Part shown: positions 52,855 to 64,000 of the stretch, piece by piece | How the letters are laid out: the number at the start of each line of letters is the position of its first letter | Numbering within the stretch: the stretch's first letter is position 1 | Source of the DNA: Camelus dromedarius | Lineage: Eukaryota | Direction of reading: 5' to 3' | Assembly: GCF_036321535.1 (NCBI RefSeq) | Contig: NC_087437.1 | Location: 55,492,001-55,556,000 of the forward strand | DNA length: 64,000 nucleotides | Made by a program: the position numbers and the translations under genes | Notes under the pieces: model-generated | What the model was told of the DNA's origin: nothing | The model's database searches: none | The model's input: the letters and a program-made list of their open reading frames with translations, nothing else

Positions 52855-55053
52855 TTTTTTTTTTTAACATTTTTTATAGAGTTATAGTCATTTTACAATG
52901 TTGTGTCAAATTCCAGTGTAGAGCACAGTTTTTCAGTTACACAGGAACATATATATATTCATTGTCACATTTTTTTTCCCTGTGAGCTACCACAAGATCT
53001 TGTATATATTTCCTTGTGCTATATAGTATCATCTTGTTTATCTATTCTGCATATGCCTGTCACTATCTACAAATTTTGAAATCCCAGTCTGTCCCTTCCC
53101 ACTTCCCATCCCCCTGGCAACCACAAGTTTGTATTCTATGTCTATGAGTCTGTTTCTGTTTTGTATTTATGTTCTTTTTTTTTTTTAAGATTCCACATAT
53201 AAGCAATCTCATATGGTATTTTTCTTTCTCTTTCTGGCTTACTTCTCTTAGAATGACACTTTCCAGGGACATCCATATTGCTGCAAATGGCGTTATGTTG
53301 TCATTTTTATGGCTGAGTAGTATTCCATTGTATAAATATACCACTTCTTCTTTATCCAGTCATCTGTCAATGGACATTTAGGCTGTTTCCATGTCTTGGC
53401 TATTGTAAATAGTGCTGCTATGAACATTGGGGTGCAGGTGTCATTTTGTAGTAGAGTTCCTTCTCGATATATGCCCAGGAGTGGGATTCCTGGGTCATAT
53501 GGTAAGTCTATTCCTGGTCTTTTGAGGAATCTCCATACTGTTTTCCACAGTGGCTGCACCAAACTGCATTCCCACCAGAAGTGTAGGAGGGTTCCCTTTT
53601 CTCAACAGCCTCTCCAGCATTTGTCATTTGTGGGCTTTTAAATGATGGCCATTCTGTCTGGTGTGAGGTGATACCTCATTATAGTTTTGATTTCCATTTA
53701 TCTGATAATTAGTGATATTGACCATTTTTTCATGTGCCTATTGATCATTTGTATTTCTTCCTTGGAGAATTGCTTGTTTAGCTCTTATGCCCATTTTTGG
53801 ATTGAGTTGTTTGTTTTTTTTCTTATTAAGTCATATGAGTTGCTTATATATTCTGGAGATCAAACCTTTGTCGGTTTCATTGTTTGCAAATTTTTTCTCC
53901 CATTCTGTAGGTTGTCATTTTGTTTTACTTATGGTTTCCTTTGCTGTGCAGAAGCTTGTAAGTTTAATTAAGTCCCATTTGCTTATTCTTGGTTTTATTT
54001 CTATTGCTTGGGTAGACTGCCCTAGGAGAACATTTTTAAGATGTTTGTCAGATAATGTTTTGCCTATATTTTCTTCTAGGAGGTTTATTGTATCTTGTCT
54101 TATGTTTAAGTCTTTGATCCATTTAGAGTTTATTTTTGTATATGGTGTAAGGGAGTGTTCTAGCTTCATTGCTTTACATGCTGCTGTCCAGTTTTCCCAA
54201 CACCATTTGCTGAAGAGACTGTCTTTATTACACTGTATTTTCTCGCCTCCTTTGTCAAATATTAGTTGACTAAAGTTTGTGGGTTCATTTCTGGGCTCTT
54301 TATTCTGTTCCATTGGTCCATATGTCTGTTTTTGTACCAATACTTTGCTTTCTTGATGACTGTAGCTCTATAGAATTGTCTGAAGTATGGGAGAGTTATT
54401 CCTCCAGCCTGTTTCTTTTTCTTCAGTAATGCTTTGGCCATTCTAGGTCTTTTGTGGTTCCATATAAATTTTATTATGATTTGTTCTAGTTCTGTGAAAT
54501 ATGTCCTGGGTAATTTGATAGGGATTACATTAAATCTATAGATTGCCTTGGGCAGTGTGACCATTTTAACAATATTGATTTTTCCAATCCAGGAGCATGG
54601 GATATCTTTCTATTTATTTTTAAGTCTTCTTTAATTTCCTTCATGAATGGTTTATAGTTTTCCATGTATAAGTCTTTCACCTCCTTGGTTAGATTTATTC
54701 CCAGATATTTTATTACTTTGGGTGCTATTTTAAAGGAGATTGTTTCTTTACTTTCTTTTTCTGTTGATTCATTGTTAATGTAAGGAAATGCAACTGATTT
54801 TTTAACGTTAATCTTGTAACCTGCTACCTTGCTGAATTCTTCGATTAATTTTAGTAGTTTTTGTATGTATCTTTTAGGGTTTTCTATATATAGTATCATG
54901 TCATCTGTATTTAGTGACACTTTTACCTCTTCTTTTCCAATCTGGATCCCTTTTATTTCTCTCTTGCCTGATTGCTGTGGCTAGGACTTCCAAGACTATG
55001 TTGAATAGGAGTGGTGATAATGGGCAGCCTTGTCTTGTCCCAGATTTTAGTGG
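52855..55053 (-). mobile_element. Young LINE-1, 3' segment: frameshifted ORF2 RT to C-terminus, 3' UTR, poly(A)
   Basis: ORF fragments [98 protein letters not shown] in shifting frames; poly-T from 52855. Confidence 0.97.
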
Positions 55054-55470
55054 TGAAGCCACCATCACCCTGATACCAAAACCAGGCAAAGACACTACCA
55101 AAAAAGAGAATTACAGACCAATATCACTGATGAACATAGATGCAAAAATCCTTACCAAAATATTAGCAAATAGAATCCAACAGCACATAAAAAAGATTAT
55201 ACATCATGATCAAGTGGGGGTTCATCCCAGGGACACAAGGGTGGTTCAACATACATAAATCAATTGATGTAATACATCACATCAACAAGAGAAAAGACAA
55301 AAACCTCATGATCATCTCAATAGATGCAGAAAAAGGATTTGATAAAATTTAACACCCATTTATGATAAAAACTTTCACAAAGTGGGTATAGAGGGAACAT
55401 ACCTCAACATAATAAAAGCTATATATGACAAGTCTACAGCCAGCATAGTACTCAATGGTGAAAAACTCAA
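55054..55470 (+). mobile_element. Inverted 5' segment of the same LINE-1 (start of RT domain)
   Basis: [55 protein letters not shown], ending aatggtgaaaaactcaa (NGEKL). Confidence 0.95.
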
Positions 55471-55959
55471 GATTACTCGAGTGGAGTTTTAGTGCAGCTG
55501 CTTTCCATTTTCACCTTGTATCCACATATGGAACCAACCTATCCATAAAGTAAGCTCAGCTTCTTCCATTTTCTATTAGATGACAACAAAAGTGCCCAGG
55601 AAACCAAAGGTGTGAGTGGAGGGAGAAGCATTGGTGCAACCATGGTTAATAGCATGGGCTTCTGAGCTACTTGCTCATGTGGCTCACTCATGTCCTTTAG
55701 CCCTGCTTGTGTTTAATCGCCGTTGTAAAATCTCCAGGTTATGACGGACCATTATAAGATCTACCTGACTAAATAATCTGTGAGTCTAATGAAACCCAGC
55801 TCATGGTGGACAGCACTGGCTGCATGATCACATGATGCCCTGTAGTCAAACATTTCATCTTTGCTAAGGCGCGGAAGATTTGCAACAGTGAGGTCTAGGG
55901 AAATAAATTATCATGAAGTTAAAAAAAAAAAAAGACAATTAAAATACACAAAAACAGAA

Positions 55960-57190
55960 GCATATAAGTCAAGGGTATGGTAAAGGAAAAGTTTCAAGGT
56001 CCTAGATTATTCAGAACAAGGGTAAGTGTTATTAATTAAATATATATTTTGAGATGATGATTCTGCTGTAACTTTTTCAATAGCCACAGAAAGAATAGAA
56101 AAAGAATGTGTTACTCCCAAAAAAGTAAGTAGCAAAATATAATTAGAAAAAATTTCAAAGGAAAGTCAAAAAGGAGAAAGAAAGTGTATAGAAGAGGGGA
56201 GCAAATGGAAAGGATGAAGGACGATACTAATGTATTAGAACACTGAAATGTAAATGAATTAAATTAAATAATTAAACATAAGGCCATCATATTAAATTAG
56301 AAAAAGATATAATTAATACTATTAAAAAAGAATTTATATAACAAAAGTTATAGAAAGTTTGAAACTAAACAGATGGAAAATGGTATACTATGAAACTACC
56401 CACTGAAAGATAATATCGTTAATATCAAACAATAAAGTATAAGGTAAAACCATTATTAGAGTAAAAGAAAAAGATCATTTTATAATGATAGGCATTTTAA
56501 TTCACTAGGAAGTTAACAATTTTTTATTTATATTCTGCTAATAACACAGCTTCAAAATATGAAAAGCAAAAACTCAGCAGAGTTGTGAGATAAATAAGTC
56601 CGCAATCACAGTGAGGTATTTTAACAAATTTCTCTGAGTAATTGGTAGATTAAGCAGATCAGACCTAAATTCAGTAAAGACAGAGTATAGTTAAGCGCTA
56701 TTATCACAAACTAGACCTTAGGAACGTACAAAACATTGTATCCAATAACTGAAGAACACTCTTTCTTTCTCAGTATCCAGTGATATAACTGTTTATAAAA
56801 GTTGACCTTAATTTGGGTAGCAGGTTTAACAATTGTTCAAGGATTAAATACACCCAGAATATGTTAACTGAAGACAAGATAATTAAGCTAGAAATACATA
56901 CTTTAAAGAAAACTTTCCAAAAAATCCAAGTTTAGAATGAAAAAGACATTTCTATATCAGACAATAAAGAAGAAATTAAAGGGAAATTAGAAAATATTTT
57001 GAACCAAGCAAATGAAAACACTACATTACATAGTAAAACTTGTGGGATGCAGTGAAAGCTGTATTTACAAAGAAGTGTTTAGCCTTGAATTGCATATATT
57101 AGAAAGGAAGAAAGATTGAAATTAATTAAACTAAATGTATGTAATTAGAGCAACACTTTCTTGTTGATATACCAGATAAAATCCAAAGGC
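55960..57190 (+). mobile_element. Ancient L1 inter-ORF and ORF2 endonuclease remnant
   Basis: gatggaaaatggtatactatg...cattttataatgatagg...taataacacagcttcaaaatatgaaaagcaaaaact...aaaacttgtgggatgcagtgaaagctgtattta. Confidence 0.8.
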
Positions 57191-57424
57191 CTAGAAACTT
57201 AATAAAATTCAATCTCTACTGTGTGACAGTGAAGTGTGAGTATGACTGATGAAGTGGCAACCTGTGTGGCATTCAGGTACTAGGCTCCTTTCGTCTCGTA
57301 GTTTGCTCTCCTGCAGGTCCTCAGAGCTAGCAAGTAGAAAAAGAGAGGGAGAAAAAGAAAGATGGCATGCAATTATTTGACAGATCAGTCCTAGAAGTAG
57401 CATGTTACATTTCCCCTAAATTCC

Positions 57425-57665
57425 ATTGTAGATACTGACAGGTCTATATAGAATAAATGAACAAGTTTACACTGTGTAGCACAGGGAAATTCATTCAAGA
57501 GCTTGTAGTAGCTTACGGTGAAAAAGAATATGAAAACGAATATATGTATATTCATGTATGACTGAAAAACTGTGCAATACACCAGAAACTGACACAACAT
57601 TGTAAACTGACTATAACTCAATTAAAAAATTAAAAAATTAAAACAAAATTAAAAATAAATAAATA
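57425..57665 (+). mobile_element. Severely 5'-truncated LINE-1 (3' UTR tip plus A-rich tail)
   Basis: tgtagcacagggaaattcattcaagagcttgtag...gaaaaagaatatgaaaacgaatatatg...gacacaacattgtaaactgactataactcaattaaaaaa. Confidence 0.9.
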
Positions 57666-59339
57666 CCCTAATTACCTCCCCCCTAAAAGAGAAAAAAATT
57701 GCACTTTTAAGTTTTATGTTTTCTTCTGTGTGTATGTCTTCTGTGTTTAGGGAAACTGTATATTTTATAATGACCTATGAGGCTTCCTTCCCCTTGTTGA
57801 AAAGGAAGAACCAGCCCCGTCTCCCAAGGCTCTTCACCACATGAACATCCTTGAGAACATATTCTGGAGCCAAGAGTAGTTAGTGGCTCCGCTCAAAGGA
57901 CATGCAGAAATGTGGGAGACCCGGGGATAACTGTCTCCTAATAATCACTGCAACTTTTCTATCTTGAGATTGTCTGTGAATGAGTAGAGTGAGTGAGGGC
58001 AGATTGGAAATGCCTGATTTGGGGTAAAGGCAGGCTCTTTCCCTAAACAGAGGCAAGATACCACTCTTCCAAGGGCAGATGCTTAAAGAAAGATGGAGGA
58101 AATCTACAGTCATGAGAATTCAGAAGCCTAGGTATTTCCAAAGCACATATTTACAGATTTAGAGTTTGAAACATTTTTTAAGGCCCCATTGCCCTGGGAG
58201 ATACGTCTAGAGAGAGTAGACTTTGGAGTAAAAAAGTAAATTTAGAAAGGAATCACCTAGTGAATTAGTAAGCACTCACTGTAGAAATATCAAAACAGAA
58301 AACAAATCAAAAAGTATTGTCCGAGTCACTGTCCTCAGCATTTCTGAACTGGTGAACTATCTGTATGACTAACTGCTGTTTCTTATTCTTGGTACTTGGC
58401 CAGAATATGTGTGAGTAGAACTTGGTATGTCTCACTTGTCTCACTTAGTCCTTCCTCTAAGGGGCCTTGCCCCTCATCTGCAAAATGAGGATACGGGACT
58501 AAGTTATCTCCAAGGCTCCTACAGCTCTGAACTGATATGGCTACGTTATTTACTGAAACTTCCCATTCTCAACACTTACTGCCGTCTCCCCAGCTTATAA
58601 AATATTTACCCCCATCTAACATTTGTGAACGTCTTTAAAGACTGCAAGCATTTTGAATTTCCCAATTTTCCTATCAGGTAGACAAAAGTGGTCATCATTT
58701 GTCAACTGAAACAAACAAACAAAGAAACAAACAAACGAACAAAACCCTGTGCAGAGGGATCGAGTGACTTGTCTACGGTCATTTCTTTAGAGCAGAAATA
58801 TATTTAGAAGGTAGCAGAGGCAGTTCTCAGAGGTTGAGTCTGGACCCTGGGACTTGATATCCTCCTGAGTGTTGCCAGAGAATTCTCAAATTCCCTTCCT
58901 GCAAACCAGGAAAACAATCATCAAGGAAGGTCATTCCCTGGGTTGCTGTGATGGTGGGAGATATTCCAGAGTGTGAGAATCCAGTTGACTTCAGAAATGA
59001 CTTAAAAATGATGAAACTAAGTGGAAACATTTTTTCACTCTGAGTTACACAATTTCATCCAGCCTTTTGTGAACCTCGCCCAGTTAGCCTCTCTCCATGT
59101 GGAAAAGTAAGTGTAAATAAAATCCAATAAGTAAATATTATTATTCTTATATTTCCAATGATAACCCTTCTTTAACTGACAATTATCTCTGTAAAGTCTA
59201 CCTCCGCTTGAACTTTTCTGTCAATTAATTAGCTCCTGTATGAGGACGTGCACGAGCTCACACACACACAACCACTTGCTGGGAGTAAAAGGGAAACTCT
59301 CATTTGACTCATAACTGGAAAAGTCAATAGAGATCATCA

Positions 59340-59640
59340 TACTGAGTTATTATTGGTTTATGTCTGCTTCCCATACCAGGTGTCACAATCCTTGAAGCAG
59401 GAATCATGGTGACATCCAACTCTATAACATCAACTGTAAGCATATGACTTGGCATTTGATAGGTTCCAACAAATGGTGGTTGAATAACAAAACACAGGAA
59501 TTATCCAGTCCAATCTTCTCATCTTAAAGACGAAAACAATGAGGCCCAGAAAGATGACAAGTCTACGTTTATACAACTAATTAGTAGCAAAACCATGTAT
59601 AGAATTTAACTTTTGACTTTCTCAAAGTCCAGGCCACCTT
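59340..59640. mobile_element. L2 3' end (+) followed by a MIR (-)
   Basis: tccttgaagcaggaatcatg...ttggcatttgataggttccaacaaatggtggttgaat; ttctcatcttaaagacgaaaacaatgaggcccagaaag. Confidence 0.65.
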
Positions 59641-62089
59641 ACCATTTTCAAATTGTTTCAGAAGTGTTTCCTATAAGGATGCAGTTAACCATACATAATT
59701 AAATTAAGGTGTGGGAAACACTGGGTACCCATAGCTGGAACAATATCAGCACCTCATTTAGATTAGCCACTGTGAGTGGGAGCTGATTATGCTTAGCTGT
59801 TTACTCTTACACTGAGATTGAAACGCAATTGTAGCCCCAGTGTTGCTTTGAAAGAACAGTGGCCGTATCGAAGGAAAATAAAGCCTCTATTCAGCAAAAC
59901 CTTTCCTCAATTAGAAGAGAGACACCCTAGCAGTAAGGATTTTCTTTTCAGTAAAGAAAAAAATAAGAGAATGTGCACTTGAGGATAAAGAGGAAAATAA
60001 ATTTGATTTCAATGAAAATCATCACAACATATTGACAAGGAATCAAACAATGCAAATTGGAAATATGACATTGCATTTCAAAAGAACATTTCTTTGCAGA
60101 TGTTACAGCTGAAAGTACATACGGTCTAACTTACCTTTCCTCCGGGTGGCAGGTCAACAGATGAGGGATAGAGAGAAGGAAACAGGAAATAACTGGTAGT
60201 AAAAAGGAGAGGAATCTCCATGGGAGACCTATTCTTAGGGTCAACTGTTACTCAACTCAATGATTTGATTTACTTTAAAAAATAGTCCTTAAAATCATCC
60301 TTTTATGTGTCCCGTATATCCTCTTTGGTCTTTCATAACGGTCAATATTCTGATACAGAGAGCAGATTTTACTCTAGACAATTTGAATAAAAGGAATTAT
60401 TACAGCAGTTCAGATGGCTTACAGACGTACTAACGTGAATAAAAATCTGTTGGATGAGATGCTAGAATCTACTCTCAAGTCTATACTGCTGAGCCAGGCT
60501 GCCAAAGGAGCAGCTACACCTGCCGTGATCAGGAAGCAGCTCATCAAATCAGGAGGCAGCCCCTTATCACAGGTAAAAAAGCCTCAGTGGGAGCTGCTCA
60601 ATTATCTACAGATACTGGTTCTTGAACAGCATCCTTGTGCTCCAATCAGGAAACCTCACATGCAAAATCGGAAGCTGCCACTATAGCTTCAGGGTCCCCC
60701 ATCACGCCACCTCTTCTTCTATCAAGGAGTCATTTTCTGCCAAATCAAGCAAGCCTCAGCACCGGTTTGTCTCCAGAGCCATGCCACATCTGCTCTAATC
60801 CACACTGATAACACACTATCCTATTCCTCTCAGTTCAAATTTCAAGTCCCATGTGATTACACCTTATATGGAACCTGAATCACACCTGGATCTCCAACCG
60901 AAAATGAATCGGGAAATTTTGTTGCGGCTTTCGCCTCTCCAGGGGAAAGTGAGATCACGCGAGAGGACGATTGGACCAAATACTCTGAACCAGACTTCCA
61001 TAACTGCGTAGACTTTGCTCCTACTTCTCCAAGTTCATCTTTGAAATTTTCAAACTTTTTTTTCATTATACAGAAAAGTATATATATGGTCCATCTCTGA
61101 GCATAGTCCCAAAGTCTAGAACATTCTTACTGTAAATAAGTGCTTAATAAATAATTCACTTTAAAAAAAAATGCAGAGGTGCTTTAAACAGACCAGCAAG
61201 GCCTGATATTTCTGTACTGCTTATACTTTGTGTTAAGTGTTCTCACTTCCATCTGTTAACTCCTTTGATGTCCTCAAACAGCCTGTAGAGTAGGCAGAAC
61301 AGTATTAATAACCTACATTAAAAGGGGAGGAGCTTAAAATTTGGAAAACTTTAGCAATAGTCTTACCTTAAGTTCTTCTAAAAAGTAAGTGGTTCTCTAA
61401 CCTGAGGATCGGACATCCCATGTGATTCTACCACTGATTAGTTGTCTGACTTTGGGGCAGTTATTTTTTGGATCAGACTCAATTTCCTTTCCTTGTCTGT
61501 ATGGTGATACCCAACTGTGATGATTAAAAGAGAATTGCCTAAAATGTATAGTGCATGTTTAATAAACGGAGGTATCATGTCCTCTAGCTATGTCCTAAGT
61601 ACTGTGTGAGGTTGTATTGTCACTAATAATGTTGGCAAGAATCCCTTAAGTTCATCGGAAGAAAGACGTCATGTTTTTCAAATGGCAGTATTATTTGTGA
61701 TGAAATTTTCACACGTACCTTCCATTAGGACAATTGTTTTTATTGTGGAAACTGGTGAAGGTGAGAGGAGAGGGTTACTGGTGGCCCAGATGATGAAGTT
61801 ACACTTTTGCATAAGAAAACCTGAAATCAGTTGCAAAGTTAAAGCAAATCCATAAAAAAGAAAAATGAAGTTTGTTTTAGTGGCAGTGGACTTCCTGCGT
61901 TTTCCATAGTGCAGTTCCAAAACTGAGCTCTATCCTCAAATAAGCGCAGGGGACAACGGGACTTGCTAACTTTCCATTCACAGTGTTATACTGGTCACAG
62001 TGACCAGCTTAAGCAACACAAGCAAATGATATCCTGGATGCCTCCTTTTCCCACGTCCCAAACCTGGGATAAAAGTTGTTCATTTGGAC

Positions 62090-62290
62090 ACATCCTGGTT
62101 CCCCCACTTGCCAGATATGTGATCTTGGCTGAGCTTACAAGTATTTCTGAGCACATATCCTCATTTGTAAAAATACGGGCTAGAACTTTAAACTCTGAGG
62201 CTTGTTTTGAGAATTAAATGCAGCAAGGCATGCAAAAGAGCCCAGCATAATACCTGGTGCACAATAATTTCTCCAAAAATGTTTCCTTAA
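62090..62290 (+). mobile_element. MIR SINE
   Basis: catcctggttcccccacttgccagatatgtgatcttggc...cctcatttgtaaaat...ttgagaattaaatg...cccagcataatacctggtgcaca. Confidence 0.8.
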
Positions 62291-63008
62291 AGTTGAGCAG
62301 CTGCCTGTCCTTAAATTTTATAGCAATTACCAGGTCTTTGATTATTATAGATCTTGTTTACTTTTTAATATAAATACAAAAATTATATTTATAGTCACTT
62401 TATTTCTATCAGATATTAATAAAATATATTTTTAAAAGAAAATTACTCATATAACACATTACAACAAACAATAGGATATTATAATAATCTATATATTATA
62501 TTGTTAATAATCTATTGATGTATCTAATATACACTATTTATATAGTACACAAAATATATTGATATATTTTAATATCAAAATAATGGGGATTAAAACTTAC
62601 TTAAAGTTTTAAATGCTGAAAAATAAAGTAAAATCAATGTTGTTTCAGTACAAAATTTAATGAAAATACATGGAAAATTATGCAAAGAAGACTAATGAGC
62701 TAAGCCAACTCTTTGGCTTTTAGTAAATGTCATAGAAAGCAAGCAATTTATTCCCAGATGCTAATAAGATCTCTGGTACCTAATTTTTGGAATAATGAAT
62801 TTCTAAAATAAGGAAAAGACAAATATCTAAGACATAAACTATGAAAATGATCAGTGCAATTACTAAGCTGAATAACTAATCATAGATGATCAAAGAGCAA
62901 AGTTTATTTAATTGGTAAAAAACATTCAACAGCAGTAGCTGTAGTTCAGGATAAATAAAATGGTTTGGATCCCTGTGTAATCTAGAGCAAGTGACAAACC
63001 CTGGCTTA

Positions 63009-63050
63009 GTTTTTTTGTTTGTTTGTTTGTTTTTGTTTTTGTTTTTTTTT
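63009..63050. repeat. Compound (GTTT)/(GTTTTT) simple repeat
   Basis: Read directly. Confidence 0.8.
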
Positions 63051-64000
63051 GGTAGAGTACATTTTGTTTTTATGGCTAAGATATAGAGATACCAATTGTA
63101 CAAAGATTTATTGAGCTTGAAATAATGTGTGAATAAGGTTTGTAAACTGTAAAATAGAATACAAAAATAATTATCTTTCCCTTTTCATGTCTATGAATAG
63201 TTATCTCACTAGAATTTGACCTATTTTTTCACTCATGGTAGATACTCACCAAACATACATGAAACAAGAAAACCAAATGGAGTCCAAATTCATCTGAAGT
63301 AGTGTTATCTCAAGATCAACCTTGCAGCTCCAAATCTATATCCCCTAGCAACTCTACTTGAACTAAAAAGAATGAAAAATTTTTCAAAGTCCAGTTTCCT
63401 TCCATTTCCTTTCCTGAAGCCCCTCCTGACCAAACCCACAAAAAATACTATCTTTCTACTTTAAAATATATTGACACTTGCTGCTTATATAATTTTTAAA
63501 AATAACTGCTTATTTACCATTTTATGTCTAAGTCTAGCATTTATCTAAGTAGATTATAAATTCCTGGTGGTTAGTCAAGTGTTTGCATCCTCCATAGGGC
63601 TTCCCTTGCCCACATTTAATAAATAAAATAACGTTTATTACATTAAATATCTGGGACTCATCCCCCTCCCAATATGAATCAACAGAGACATGGTGCCAGA
63701 AACCAATAACCTTTGTCTTTCTGTAATGGAGGACCAATCCTCTTGTCACAAAGCTCACTATTTGCTAGCTCTCTCCACTAGTTCTTCTTAACAGTAGAAA
63801 TTTTCTTCAATTCATATTCCCTGTAGGAACTAGCACCATTCCTGGCTTGTCCAGTTTCAGTAAATATTTGAGGAATGATGATGTGGCATGACAGAAAGTA
63901 CTAACATTCAGTTCTTCACCCTGGTCCACCAGATAAAATCCTTTTATGCCTCTTTCCATTTTACTCTCTTCTAACGAGGAAAGATTGTTCTGACTGAGAA

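Noticed and set aside
53169..54269. Hydrophobic + strand ORFs up to 160 aa
   Set aside because: Antisense translations of L1
53063..54920. ORF2 fragments as an active reverse transcriptase or novel RT system
   Set aside because: Ordinary L1 ORF2 broken across several frames, lacking the promoter, ORF1 and endonuclease
54914..55258. 114-aa + strand ORF containing RT motifs (and the minus ORF 54901-55101)
   Set aside because: Artefact of reading through the L1 inversion junction; half of it is antisense L1 and it frameshifts after HHDQVG
57400..57690. TSD for the short L1 3' end
   Set aside because: Only imperfect similarity (ccctaaattcc versus ccctaattacc); cannot be called with confidence
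2327..58450. Scattered 8-12 bp tandem duplications (2327, 4194, 10970, 11637, 32356, 40269, 58428)
   Set aside because: Expected replication-slippage products; no array, spacer or CRISPR-like organisation
63244..63380. Minus-strand exon-like segment 63362 to 63250 with good splice sites
   Set aside because: Stops in all three frames and it overlaps L2-like sequence; likely a pseudo-exon
1..64000. Assigning a host gene symbol
   Set aside because: No exon candidate translates to a protein I recognise; naming a gene would be a guess

Overview
AT-rich, CpG-depleted mammalian nuclear DNA, either intronic or intergenic. It is largely made of transposon remnants: many MIR and L2 fragments, ancient L1M-type pieces, MER5 (hAT) elements, solo LTRs of MaLR/ERVL/ERV1 type, and microsatellites. 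I recognise no host protein-coding gene, rRNA, tRNA or CRISPR array. The only ORFs resembling a known protein are frameshifted LINE-1 ORF2 fragments at ~53.1-55.5 kb. The best-resolved structure is a fairly young ~2.6 kb LINE-1 (52855-55470) with a 5' inversion, a 12-bp target-site duplication and the microhomology expected from twin priming. Its 3' UTR and two other L1 3' ends look cetartiodactyl. The apparent absence of ruminant, pig and whale SINEs suggests a camelid-like host (inference). Repeat-poor islands hold candidate regulatory clusters (HNF1 site plus a strong splice donor, a GATA/FOX hairpin, MAF/NRF2 sites, a small CpG patch) and isolated exon-like segments that might belong to an unannotated transcript. 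I found no convincing evidence of a new biological system. Repeat family names come from remembered consensus motifs, and their boundaries are approximate.
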